A stretch of 64,000 nt of DNA from a virus (IMGVR_UViG_2863371048_000001); one strand, 5' to 3'. Positions 47,114-56,170 are shown, numbered from the stretch's first letter. Numbers and translations are program-made. Notes: generated by a model from the sequence alone, not told the origin.

Positions 47114-47302
47114 GTGAACGTAGGCAAGTACGCCAAGACCATCGTGGCCGCGCTGTTCGCTGCGGTTGTCGTCGCCAAGTCGGCGGTCACCGATGGCGTG
47201 TACAACCCGGCCGAGGTGATCGACACCGTTCTGGCGGTGCTGACCGCCCTGGGCGTCTGGGTGGTCCCGAACGCCAAGCAGTCGGACCTGTCCCAGCGAT
47301 AG
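47114..47302 (+). CDS. holin
   Basis: KYAKTIVAAL...LAVLTALGVWVVPN two-TM pattern; AAGGAGG RBS. Confidence 0.8.
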   Translation: MNVGKYAKTIVAALFAAVVVAKSAVTDGVYNPAEVIDTVLAVLTALGVWVVPNAKQSDLSQR

Positions 47303-47358
47303 GCTGAACGCAGGCCCCGGGCGTGCGGACACATGCTCGGGCATCGCCTGCAACAGTT

Positions 47359-47390
47359 GCGGCCCCGTCCTCTTCGGAGGGCGGGGCCGC
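47359..47390. terminator. bidirectional terminator, copy 1
   Basis: GCGGCCCCGTCCTC-TTCG-GAGGGCGGGGCCGC. Confidence 0.75.
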
Positions 47391-47406
47391 TTCTGCATGT
47401 CCGGGG

Positions 47407-48093
47407 TCAGGCGCGGGTGTAGCCGTCGGCCTCCAGGTCGATGCCCCGGCTGCGGATGTGCTCGGCGGCCTCGTCGTCGCCACTGAACCCGCTGGTATCG
47501 GTGCTGTCGATGCCGTCCACGTGGGCCTGTTCGGACACCTCGTTGTCGCGCTGGATCATAGTGATGACGTCGTCGCCCCAGCCGTCAGGGTCCTCGTCGC
47601 GGCTGCGGGTGTAGGTAGTGACCGTGGCGGACTTCGGGGGGTCGTACGGGCTGGGCTGGACGGGGTGCTGCGCAGGGTCGTAGGCGCCGGGCTCGATGCC
47701 GAGGATCTTGCCGTCGCCCTCCTCCACCAGGCCGGGCCGGTCGATCCGGAGGGTGAAGCGCTCGCCCGCCACGATCTGGTCCCCAACCCACTCGTTCTTA
47801 GCAAGGACCGCGAGCACGTCGCCGGTGTCGTAGACGGCCAGGATGGTGAAGCCGTATCCCTGCTCGGCAGCGGCCTCGATCCAGTCCTCGACGGCCTGGT
47901 CGCGCCAGTTGCCCTGGTCGATGGCTTCGACGGTGATGTCGCGGAGGGCGATGTGCAGAGGAACCGGGGTGATCATCGCAGCGGGCCTTCCGTAGCGGGT
48001 GACGATGGTGGTCTTGCCATGGGTCTGGGCGGCAATGACGAGGTCGCCGAACTTCTTGCGCCCGTCTTCGATGCCCACTTCCTTGCTGCTCAT
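47407..48093 (-). CDS. Phd/YefM-like DNA-binding N-domain fused to an acidic domain
   Basis: VGIEDGRKKFGDLVIAA...TIVTRYGRPAAMITP. Confidence 0.75.
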   Translation of the reverse strand: MSSKEVGIEDGRKKFGDLVIAAQTHGKTTIVTRYGRPAAMITPVPLHIALRDITVEAIDQGNWRDQAVEDWIEAAAEQGYGFTILAVYDTGDVLAVLAKNEWVGDQIVAGERFTLRIDRPGLVEEGDGKILGIEPGAYDPAQHPVQPSPYDPPKSATVTTYTRSRDEDPDGWGDDVITMIQRDNEVSEQAHVDGIDSTDTSGFSGDDEAAEHIRSRGIDLEADGYTRA

Positions 48094-48097
48094 GAAT

Positions 48098-48128
48098 AGA
48101 ACCTTAAGGTCCTTAAGGTTCTCTGTCT
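48098..48128 (-). promoter_or_regulatory. leaderless promoter overlapped by a double palindromic operator
   Basis: minus strand TAGACA-17-TAAGGT-7-ATG; AGAACCTTAAGG-T-CCTTAAGGTTCT. Confidence 0.7.
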
Positions 48129-48233
48129 AGGGTTCTTGGAAAAGGGTTGGCGCTCCAGCCATGGCGGGGCGTCTCCAAGATCGATTCCCGCCCCTCATAG
48201 GATCGCCCGGGTATCGCACCACCCGGGGGAGAC

Positions 48234-48512
48234 ATGGCCGAGTACGAATTTCCGCCTGACCTGCTGGACGCCCAGCGCGCCTACGTCGCCGCTCATGCCC
48301 GCGTCCAGGAGGTGACAGATGCGCTGCCGTCATCGATGGCGACCCTGGCCGGAGAGGCAGAGGTGAGCGAGGAGCAGCGGGAGGAGCTCGCCGCGGCCCG
48401 TGCGGAACGGCTCCGCTGGGTCTCCGTCCTGTATGCCGACCACCCGTGGTGGGCGACCGTGGACAACCCGGCCAAGGCGCGGGCCGCGCTGCAGGAGACG
48501 GTCAAGGCCTGA
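48234..48512 (+). CDS. hypothetical helical protein
   Basis: GGGGAG RBS; FPPDL..AQ...HPWW pattern. Confidence 0.65.
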   Translation: MAEYEFPPDLLDAQRAYVAAHARVQEVTDALPSSMATLAGEAEVSEEQREELAAARAERLRWVSVLYADHPWWATVDNPAKARAALQETVKA

Positions 48513-48571
48513 CGGCTGTAGCCAGATCATCGCCTGCGGGTGCACCATGAACGTCCGTCGCCCATGACAGA

Positions 48572-48603
48572 GCGGCCCCGCCCTCTTCGGAGGGCGGGGC
48601 CGT
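48572..48603. terminator. bidirectional terminator, copy 2
   Basis: GCGGCCCCGCCCTC-TTCG-GAGGGCGGGGCCGT. Confidence 0.75.
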
Positions 48604-48619
48604 TTCTGTGCGTTCGAGG

Positions 48620-50002
48620 TCAGGCAAGGACGCCGCTGCGAGCGGCGAGACCGCGCAGTTCGGGCGCAGTGCGTCCGGACACCAGCAGACCGGAGATGAG
48701 GGACTTCACCGCCGGGCGTGCATGAGTTTCCTCGGGGGCATGGTGCTCGGCCGTCAGGAGCGCACGTACGCATTCCTCACGGCGGCCCAGCTGCCCGAAG
48801 GCCGCGGCGATGTCGGTGTAGTAGCGGGATCGGCGCTCCACGCTGGGTAGGCTCTGCGGCGCGATCGCACGGGCGGCGCTCAAGGCAGCGGCGGGATCTC
48901 CGGCGGAGTTCTCCGCCGAGATGAGATGCAGTTGGACGGTGATCGGGCTGAAACCGCCGCCGTGGTCGCGCAGCATGGTGCTACCGCCGAGTTCGGTGGC
49001 GATGGCGGCTGCCTCGTCGGTGAGTTGTCGCATTCCTTTACGGTCACCGCTGCGGGCAGCGGTGTAGGCCGCGGACTGGATCAGCAGGCCGCGTTCAGCG
49101 GCACCGGCCCGTCCAGCGCTGCGCAGACCGGGGTCGTCAGCGGCGGCCAGCGCGATCGACATCGCCTGGTCGTTCCAGCCGGCCTTTCGGGCCAGCACAG
49201 CGAGGTTCCGCGCGGCCTCCGCCACCGTGAGCGCATCGTCGCCGGCCTCGGCCAGTTGGCGTGCCCGGTCGGCAGCCATCCAACCGAGCTGCTGCTCATC
49301 GAGCTTGACGAGCATCCGGGTCGCCAGAACGTAGCTTTGCGCGAGAAACGCGTGATCCCTCCCGCCGTTGAGCGCATGTCCTGTGCGGATCAGCCGGGGC
49401 AGGCGCACGGCGAGGCTGCCGTAGCGGCAGGTGTGGAAGTCGGTGAGCGCGCGGGAGAGTTCCGCGGGCAGTTGCTCGGGCGGCAGGTCACCGAGGTTGC
49501 TGCCCAAACCGAGCATCGCATCCCGGAGGCCGGCGACGAGCACCTCACCGAGTAGAGCCTCGTCCGCCTGTGCGGCGCCGCCTCCAAGAAATCGGGAGCT
49601 TGCGGCTGCGGCGGCCGTGACCGCCAGGTTCGCCAGCAAATTCCTTCGCCGCACCGGATCTTCACCGTCCTCCCGTTGAGTCCTGTCCACTTTACGAGCG
49701 GGCAGGCTGGGATATGCGGTAGTTGGTACCGTCGGTTGACCGTGTCGGACCTTCGGCCGGGGCGAGGCAAGGCCGAAAGCCTGAGGCGGAATGCCGAGGG
49801 CCTCGGCGAAGCACCGCAGCACGGCGACGTCGGTCATCGAGGAGATGCCCCGCTCGTAGCGGGAGACCTGGGCCGCGGAGTATCCGGTCAGCTTGCCGAG
49901 CTGGGTCAGCGTCAGCCGTTGTGCCTGCCGTATCTGACGTATGAGCTTCCCGGGAGCCGGGATTGCCTCGGGAGTTGTGCCTGCCCTGCCGATCGCATCC
50001 AT
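48620..50002 (-). CDS. XRE-family regulator with a large helical (TPR-like) C-domain
   Basis: LIRQIRQAQRLTLTQLGKLTGYSAAQVSRYERG; VRRRNLL linker. Confidence 0.85.
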   Translation of the reverse strand: MDAIGRAGTTPEAIPAPGKLIRQIRQAQRLTLTQLGKLTGYSAAQVSRYERGISSMTDVAVLRCFAEALGIPPQAFGLASPRPKVRHGQPTVPTTAYPSLPARKVDRTQREDGEDPVRRRNLLANLAVTAAAAASSRFLGGGAAQADEALLGEVLVAGLRDAMLGLGSNLGDLPPEQLPAELSRALTDFHTCRYGSLAVRLPRLIRTGHALNGGRDHAFLAQSYVLATRMLVKLDEQQLGWMAADRARQLAEAGDDALTVAEAARNLAVLARKAGWNDQAMSIALAAADDPGLRSAGRAGAAERGLLIQSAAYTAARSGDRKGMRQLTDEAAAIATELGGSTMLRDHGGGFSPITVQLHLISAENSAGDPAAALSAARAIAPQSLPSVERRSRYYTDIAAAFGQLGRREECVRALLTAEHHAPEETHARPAVKSLISGLLVSGRTAPELRGLAARSGVLA

Positions 50003-50208
50003 ACCCTGTCCCTGCTCGTAGCTGAGACTGCGCCGCCCTCACCGTAGCCGCATCCCGGCGCCCTGGACAGGGACTTTGCATCAGGCGCAAACACCTTTGC
50101 AGCCCAAGACAGCGCCCCTCCCGCCGCCGGGCCGGATGCGCTGACCTTAAGGGCGAACGGCCCGCACTCGGCAGGCCGCCATCTGGTCCCACCACTCAGG
50201 AGGTCCTG

Positions 50209-50940
50209 ATGCAGCCCTCGGTCCTCGGCCCGTCCACGGCACATGCTGTAGACGCCCGCCTCGCTCCCGACTACTACTTCCATCCCGACGGCCTCGACTC
50301 CTACATCACGCAGGTGCTGAGGAACTGCCGGACGGTCTTCGACATCAAGCCCGCCATGACCGCAGACCTCGACGACCCTGCCGCCGCAGGCCTTTACGAC
50401 GCGCCCCGCGGCGTCGTAGAGGACGGCGCTCTGCTTCGGGGCGAGGTCATCGTCCAGGCCGGTGCCCGCATCGAGGCAGGCGCCCAGGTCATCGGGCCGG
50501 TGCTGATCTGCGCCGGCGCGATCGTAGCCGCCGGCGCCCTGGTCCGCGACCACAGCGTGATCGGCCCCGGCTGTCGGATCGGCTTCGGCGCGGAGATCAC
50601 CCGTAGCCTGCTGGCCGGGCATGTCTTCGTGAAACACCCTTGCTTCATCGGCGACTCGGTGATCGGGCGGCGCGTCAACATCGGCTCCTTCTGCTCCACG
50701 ACCGGGCTCCGATGCGACCGCGGGCCGGTTGCCGAACCGGCGATCGAGGAAATCACCGTCAACCTCGACGGGCAGCGGATCGGCACGGGACAAACGAAGT
50801 TCGGCGCCGTCATCGGCGATGAGGTGGCTCTGCCGGCCGGGACCGTGCTGTCGCCGGGCACGCTGATCGGCCCCGGCACGGTGGTCTACCCGCGCGACCA
50901 CATCGGCGGCTTCCTGCCCGCCGGCTCCCGGGTGCGGTGA
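50209..50940 (+). CDS. left-handed beta-helix acetyltransferase (GlmU C-terminal-like)
   Basis: hexapeptide repeats; TG..KFGAVIGD; no nucleotidyltransferase domain. Confidence 0.8.
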   Translation: MQPSVLGPSTAHAVDARLAPDYYFHPDGLDSYITQVLRNCRTVFDIKPAMTADLDDPAAAGLYDAPRGVVEDGALLRGEVIVQAGARIEAGAQVIGPVLICAGAIVAAGALVRDHSVIGPGCRIGFGAEITRSLLAGHVFVKHPCFIGDSVIGRRVNIGSFCSTTGLRCDRGPVAEPAIEEITVNLDGQRIGTGQTKFGAVIGDEVALPAGTVLSPGTLIGPGTVVYPRDHIGGFLPAGSRVR

Positions 50941-52256
50941 CGGCCATGACCATCACCCCCGCCCGGGCCGCTTTCGAGGCCACCGTCGTGAGGGTCGCCG
51001 GTGGGCGGCCTCTGAGCGGCCGCATCCCAGTGCAGGGCAGCAAGAACATCGCCCTGCACCTGTATGCGGCCACGCTCCTGGCAGATGCCCCGGTCGTCCT
51101 TGCCGCGGCTCCGGACATCATCGACACCGGAGTATGCGCGCAGATCCTGACCTACACCGGGGCCCACGTCGCCGTCGACGGCGGCCGGTTCGCTGTGACC
51201 CCAGCCGCGGCCCCCTGCCCCGTCATCCATCCGGAACTCGGCCGTCGAGTACGTACGACCGTCGTCCTGGCCGCCGCGGTGCTGGCCCGCACCGGGCAAG
51301 TCACCTTCCCTTACCCCGGTGGCGACGCCTTCTGTCCCCGCCTGATCGACCGGCACCTCGCGGCGATGCAGGCGGCCGGCGCCGAAGTCCTCGCCGACGC
51401 CACCACCATCAGCGCGCGGTGCGGACCGCACGGTGTGCGGGCATTCACCGTGGACGTGGACACCCCGTACGGGCCGAGCCTGGGGGCGACGGTGACCGCC
51501 ATGCTGCTGGCCGCCCGCGCCCCGGGCACCAGCCTGATCACGCACCCGTCGATCGAGCCGGAGGTCACCGAGACCGCCCGATTCCTGACCGAGCGCGGCG
51601 CCCTGATCCACTTCACAGGGCAAGGGCTGCACGTCAGCGGAAGCGACTGGATCACCGGCGGTGACTTCACGGTAGCCGGGGATCGGATCGAGGCAGCCAC
51701 CATGATCATGGCCGCCGCCTCCACCGGCGGCAGCATCCACCTCGATGGAATCACCGCCTCTGCCTTCCCCAACGGCCTCACCGAGGCCCTGTCCGCGGCA
51801 GGCATCAGTCTCACCGACGACGCCAGCGGTGGCGTGCGCGCGCAGCTGAACGGCCCCCTGCAGGCCATTGACGCGGCCACCGGTCCGCACCCGGCTCTGC
51901 CCACCGACACCGCACCGCAGCTGGCCGCGATGCTCACCCAGGCCCATGGATCCTCACTCATTACCGAGCGCGTGTATCCCAGCCGTAACACCCATATCGC
52001 GGGCCTGCGAGCCTTCGGCGCCGACATTTCCTCCACCGGCCCGGTCATTGGCCTGCGCGGGCCCATCCGGCTACGCCCCGCCACGGCGGCGGCCGAAGAC
52101 ATCCGCGCGGTGACCGCTTTGCTAATCGCCGCTCTGGCCGCCGAAGGCACCTCTACGATCCGGGGGGTGTACCACCTCCGGCGCGGCTATGGCCACCTGC
52201 TTGCCAACCTTGCCGCGCTGGGAGCCGACATCACCACCACCTCGGAGGCCTCCTGA
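50937..52256 (+). CDS. murA: UDP-GlcNAc enolpyruvyl transferase, MurA-like with Cys115-to-Asp
   Basis: GSKN, PGGD...R.ID.H, GDRIEA.T, PHP..PTD, DIRA, HL.RGY. Confidence 0.88.
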   Translation: MTAMTITPARAAFEATVVRVAGGRPLSGRIPVQGSKNIALHLYAATLLADAPVVLAAAPDIIDTGVCAQILTYTGAHVAVDGGRFAVTPAAAPCPVIHPELGRRVRTTVVLAAAVLARTGQVTFPYPGGDAFCPRLIDRHLAAMQAAGAEVLADATTISARCGPHGVRAFTVDVDTPYGPSLGATVTAMLLAARAPGTSLITHPSIEPEVTETARFLTERGALIHFTGQGLHVSGSDWITGGDFTVAGDRIEAATMIMAAASTGGSIHLDGITASAFPNGLTEALSAAGISLTDDASGGVRAQLNGPLQAIDAATGPHPALPTDTAPQLAAMLTQAHGSSLITERVYPSRNTHIAGLRAFGADISSTGPVIGLRGPIRLRPATAAAEDIRAVTALLIAALAAEGTSTIRGVYHLRRGYGHLLANLAALGADITTTSEAS

Positions 52257-53314
52257 TGCCCGCACCGTTCACCGCCAATGACGTCGCCCGGCTCCAGGAG
52301 ACTCTTGATGAGGTGGTCGCCGACGGCGCCGCCCCCGGCGGGGTCGTCGTCTGCGGCACCATCGACGGGCAAAAGCACGTCCTGGCCGCCGGCACCGTCG
52401 CGCCCGAACTCGGCGAGCTCACCCCCACCGAGCACACCATCTACGACATCGCCTCGCTGACCAAGGTCGTCGCCACTTGGCCTCTCATCGGCCAGGCCCT
52501 TGCCACTGGGCTGGTCGATCTCGACGCACCCACGCGCGATGTCCTGCCCGCCATGACCGGTGAGGCACCCAGCGGTGAGGCGACGCTCCGCCAGCTCCTC
52601 GCCCACGCCTCCGGGCTGCGCGCCTCAACGCGCCTGGACCACTACCGTGGGGCTGACGCGCCGCTGCACGAGCTCCTATGCCGCGAACCGCTGGAGGACA
52701 CTCCTGGCCGGCACCGCTACATCAACCGCGGCTACATCCTCCTCGGCCTGGCCCTCGCACACGTCAACGGCGTCCCCTTGGATCACCTCGCCGACCAGCT
52801 CTGGCAGCGCATCGGGATGACCTCCACCGTCTACGGGCCCATTGCCCGCGGTCACCACGTCGCGCCGACCGAACAGCGCATTCCCGGCGCCCCGAGGACC
52901 TGGGGCGCCGTGCACGACGACAACGCCGCCCTTCTGGGCGGCATCGCCGGGCACGCGGGCGTCTTCTCCACACCCCGTGACCTCGCCACCTACGCCACCT
53001 GGCTGCTCGACGCATACGCCTACGGCGACGCTGTCCTGGGTGAGTGGCTGCGGGCGAGCCTCGTCCCGCAGGCCGTGATCGAACCGGGTTTGGACCGCGG
53101 TCTGTCGTGGATTCTCGCCGCCGGTGGACGCGTCGCGTACCACCACGGTTTCACCGGCACCAGCCTCTACCTGGCCCCAGACGCTGGCCGTTACCTGGTG
53201 ATCTGCACCAACGCCGTCTACTACGGCAATGCCCGCACCCGGATCGCGCCGCTGCGGACCCTCGCGCTCAAGACGATCTCTGCCACCTGGCATCCGGAGG
53301 CGCTTGATGAGTGA
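52256..53314 (+). CDS. beta-lactamase-fold serine hydrolase (AmiE/NamA-like amidase candidate)
   Basis: DIASLTK (SxxK), YIN, VHDDNA..LGG.AGHAG.FS, HHGFTGT. Confidence 0.8.
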   Translation: MPAPFTANDVARLQETLDEVVADGAAPGGVVVCGTIDGQKHVLAAGTVAPELGELTPTEHTIYDIASLTKVVATWPLIGQALATGLVDLDAPTRDVLPAMTGEAPSGEATLRQLLAHASGLRASTRLDHYRGADAPLHELLCREPLEDTPGRHRYINRGYILLGLALAHVNGVPLDHLADQLWQRIGMTSTVYGPIARGHHVAPTEQRIPGAPRTWGAVHDDNAALLGGIAGHAGVFSTPRDLATYATWLLDAYAYGDAVLGEWLRASLVPQAVIEPGLDRGLSWILAAGGRVAYHHGFTGTSLYLAPDAGRYLVICTNAVYYGNARTRIAPLRTLALKTISATWHPEALDE

Positions 53315-54398
53315 CCTGCTGGCCGATCACACCACACTGCGCCTCGGCGGACCCGCCGATCGGCTGCTCACCCACACCGACCCCGCCGCCTGGACTGATC
53401 TCACCCAAACCGTCATCGGCCAACCCGTAGCACCGTTCGTTCTCGGCGGCGGCAGCAACACCCTCGCCGCCGACGCCGGATACCCCGGGCCGGTTATCCA
53501 CATGACAACCCGGGGTATCACCGTCCGCCCACTCGGCGATGGCACCACGGAAGTCACCGTTCAAGCGGGCGAACCGCTATCCGCCCTCGTCGGCTTCGCC
53601 GTCAGCGAGGGCCTGTCCGGCATCGAATACCTCGCCGGCATCCCCGGCACCACCGGCGCCGCCCCCGTGCAGAACACCGGCGCCTACGGTCAGCAGATAT
53701 CCGACGCCCTCACCCACCTCACTGTCTACGACTGGAACCGCCGACAATCCGCCCGACTCCGCCCCGAGGAATGCGGCTTCGGCTACCGCACCAGCATCTT
53801 CAAGACCCACCTGGGCCGGTGGACGATCCTTGAGGTCGCCCTGCGCCTCACCCCCAGCACGTACGCCGCCCCGGTCACCTACCAGTACCTCGCCCACGCA
53901 CTCGACATCCCCCTCGGCACCCGGCCCCCGCTCGCCGAAGCGGCCCAAGGCGTCCTGGCCGACCGCTGTCAGCGCGGCTTGGCCCTACCGGAGAACGGCC
54001 CGGACGCTCGCCAGGCGGGATCGGTCTTCCTCAACCCGCCCATCACCACGGCTCAAGCCGACGCGGTCCGCGCCGCTGGTGGCGTGGCCTACCGCGATGA
54101 CCACAGCGTCCTGCGAGCCAGCGCCGGATGGCTGCTCCAGCTGGCCGGACACCACCCCGGCAACCAGCTCGCACCAGGGGTGTTCTGCTCGACCCGCCGA
54201 GCTCTTACCCTCACCGCCCACGACGGCGCCACCGCGGCTTCCTTCAACATGGTCCTGCAGAAGCTGGCCCGTGACGTCTACGAAGTGATTGGCATCCGGC
54301 TGCACCCAGAGCCCGTACGACCTGTCGCAGCGTGGATGGCCGCTGAGAAAGAGGACCCCGGAGTTCTGGCCATCGGGGTTGAGCGGGTCGAGCAGTAG
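53307..54398 (+). CDS. murB: UDP-N-acetylenolpyruvoylglucosamine reductase
   Basis: LGGGSN, GIPGT.GAAPVQN.GAYG, CGFGYR.S.FK, AGS.F.NP, SAGWL, PEP. Confidence 0.9.
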   Translation: MSDLLADHTTLRLGGPADRLLTHTDPAAWTDLTQTVIGQPVAPFVLGGGSNTLAADAGYPGPVIHMTTRGITVRPLGDGTTEVTVQAGEPLSALVGFAVSEGLSGIEYLAGIPGTTGAAPVQNTGAYGQQISDALTHLTVYDWNRRQSARLRPEECGFGYRTSIFKTHLGRWTILEVALRLTPSTYAAPVTYQYLAHALDIPLGTRPPLAEAAQGVLADRCQRGLALPENGPDARQAGSVFLNPPITTAQADAVRAAGGVAYRDDHSVLRASAGWLLQLAGHHPGNQLAPGVFCSTRRALTLTAHDGATAASFNMVLQKLARDVYEVIGIRLHPEPVRPVAAWMAAEKEDPGVLAIGVERVEQ

Positions 54399-54406
54399 GC
54401 GCTGTG

Positions 54407-54437
54407 GGCCCCGGTCCCCCTCGCCGGGACCGGGGCC
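54407..54437 (+). terminator. hairpin after murB
   Basis: GGCCCCGGTCCC / GGGACCGGGGCC. Confidence 0.6.
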
Positions 54438-54623
54438 GGCTCAACGGTCGGCTGGGGCGGCCAGCCGTTCCGCCTCTTCGTGCAGGGCCTCGATGAGGAG
54501 CAACGCCAACCGCAGCTCCTCACCAACGAGGTCATCGAGGACGTCCATCAGGCCTCCCTAGACACAAGACGCCCCATGGGCCACAAGGGTTGACAACCGC
54601 GCCGCAAACGGACTCGGATATGA

Positions 54624-54657
54624 AGAAGCTCCGCCTTCCAGGGAAAGCGGAGCTTCT
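54624..54657 (-). terminator. terminator after the toxin gene
   Basis: AGAAGCTCCGC / GCGGAGCTTCT. Confidence 0.65.
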
Positions 54658-54668
54658 GTCGCGCTAGA

Positions 54669-55040
54669 TCAGTCCACGAGTCCCATGTAGGCGAAAAGGT
54701 TCTCATGGAGAATCCCCTGCATGTCCGCAGGGAGATGGCCGATGAGATCTTGGATCTCATCCTTAGCGAGTGGCTGAACAGCCACTATGCGGGCCCATCC
54801 TTTTTTAGGGAGGTTGGCCACTGCGGCGCCAATCTGTAGGCAGTATGCCGTCTTATGGGATGGCGCCGTGGAGATCGGCACGACTAAGGCAATCGGCCAA
54901 TCGGGATTCTCATTGGTTTCATCGCCGCTGACCACGATTACTGGACGACGGGGCTTGACGTTGCGCTCGTCATTGGGGGGCAGAGTGAGATCAGAGTCGT
55001 CGACCCAGTACACGCCACCCTTGCGGATGGGTGCCTTCAC
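54669..55040 (-). CDS. mazF: PemK/MazF-family endoribonuclease toxin
   Basis: IRKGGVYWV...K.RRPVIVVS...VVPIST...QPL.K..I...IG.L. Confidence 0.85.
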   Translation of the reverse strand: MKAPIRKGGVYWVDDSDLTLPPNDERNVKPRRPVIVVSGDETNENPDWPIALVVPISTAPSHKTAYCLQIGAAVANLPKKGWARIVAVQPLAKDEIQDLIGHLPADMQGILHENLFAYMGLVD

Positions 55041-55687
55041 TGGTCGCCTAGCACCTTCCCGTTCGCTCGGCGAATGGAATCAGTGCTAGTCATGAGCTCA
55101 ACCAACAGCTCAGCACCCACACCTGGGTCGTTCTCCTGGAGCGGACGATGTGGACGCCGTGCCTTTGCCCGAGCGAGTAGGGCCTTGACCTGATTGCGAC
55201 GGCGAACACGGCTCAAGTCCAGAAGAACGCCACGCTCAGCGCCGGCCTGCGCCTCTACCATCGGAGGCGTCTTATACGAAAGATCCCTTAGCGCAGTTGA
55301 ACTCTTGCTGCCGTGGCGGCGGACAGTATCTCGGACGATCTGCATGCTTTCGCCAGGGAGAGGGTCCTCGATGTCGACAACCAGAGTGAGCACACAGGCG
55401 CCGAAGCTGTCGTCGGACAGGCGGCTGTCGTTTCGATCGATCAGCTCGCTGTCGGCGAGTTCGTACTCAGTGTGAGCGAGCGCGGCGTCGTAGGGGCCGT
55501 AGTTGTCCCACCGCCAAGTCGCACCGGTGAACTGAACACTGCCGATCTCGACGGCTCGGAGGTCGGCCATGTAGAGGAGCTTGGCGAGCTTCGTCTTGGT
55601 GATCTCAAAGCCCTGCTCACGTGCGGCCTTGAGCACCGCCAGGGCGGCTGAAACTAGGGGGCTGGAGGGTTGGGAAGGAAGATCCAC
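55037..55687 (-). CDS. Panacea (DUF4065/SocA-like) antitoxin
   Basis: TKTKLAKLLYMAD...W..YGPY...L..LSY.TPP; 4-nt overlap with the toxin. Confidence 0.8.
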   Translation of the reverse strand: MDLPSQPSSPLVSAALAVLKAAREQGFEITKTKLAKLLYMADLRAVEIGSVQFTGATWRWDNYGPYDAALAHTEYELADSELIDRNDSRLSDDSFGACVLTLVVDIEDPLPGESMQIVRDTVRRHGSKSSTALRDLSYKTPPMVEAQAGAERGVLLDLSRVRRRNQVKALLARAKARRPHRPLQENDPGVGAELLVELMTSTDSIRRANGKVLGDQ

Positions 55688-55988
55688 GACCCCTCCTCGC
55701 ATTCTCTCTCTCGACATCAAGCTACCTTCTAGGGCTGGATGTGGCCACTGTCGCCCCCGATAGATCCTTCTTCGTTCCCGCTGTTTTACCTGTTCGGGTA
55801 GGACATGGCGGGCTGGTGAACTATTTCACGTGGGCCCAGTCCAAGTCTTGGGAATGGCCTGCGCGAGCATTGCATCCCCGATGCTGGACGTCCCAGGGCT
55901 TGTCCCGGTTGTCATGAAGTCCAGACTTCAACGACAGCTTGGCGTCGGATCCCGTACGGCAGGCCCGGCTCGACTGTCAGCTCCAGCC

Positions 55989-56129
55989 TTACTGTTCCTC
56001 GCTCTCCTCGTAATCCTTATCGGCGGCCTCCTGGCGGAGCTGTTCCAGGTGCGGCGCGAGGGCGGTCATGATGCGGGCGTGGAGCCACTCCGGCGGTTCG
56101 TCGGGGAGGTCTGTGGTCATGCCGCCCAT
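55989..56129 (-). CDS. small acidic peptide
   Basis: hand-translated MGGMTTDLPDEPPEWLHARIM...; below the ORF-track cutoff. Confidence 0.4.
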   Translation of the reverse strand: MGGMTTDLPDEPPEWLHARIMTALAPHLEQLRQEAADKDYEESEEQ

Positions 56130-56170
56130 GCTCACCCCACCCGGTGATCGTCCGCAGGCAGACATGACGA

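Larger units (their letters stand above)
1..47302 (+). mobile_element. HK97-like siphovirus (pro)phage of an actinomycete; left end lies outside the window
   Basis: continuous early, replication, packaging, head, tail and lysis gene order. Confidence 0.92.

Noticed and set aside
50209-54398. Housekeeping dcw/mur cluster
   Set aside because: No murC-G, mraY, ftsW or ddl; divergent XRE regulator and mobile-element flanks.
55830-56147. Plus-strand 105-aa ORF
   Set aside because: No RBS or motif; a short minus-strand ORF and a terminator explain the region better.
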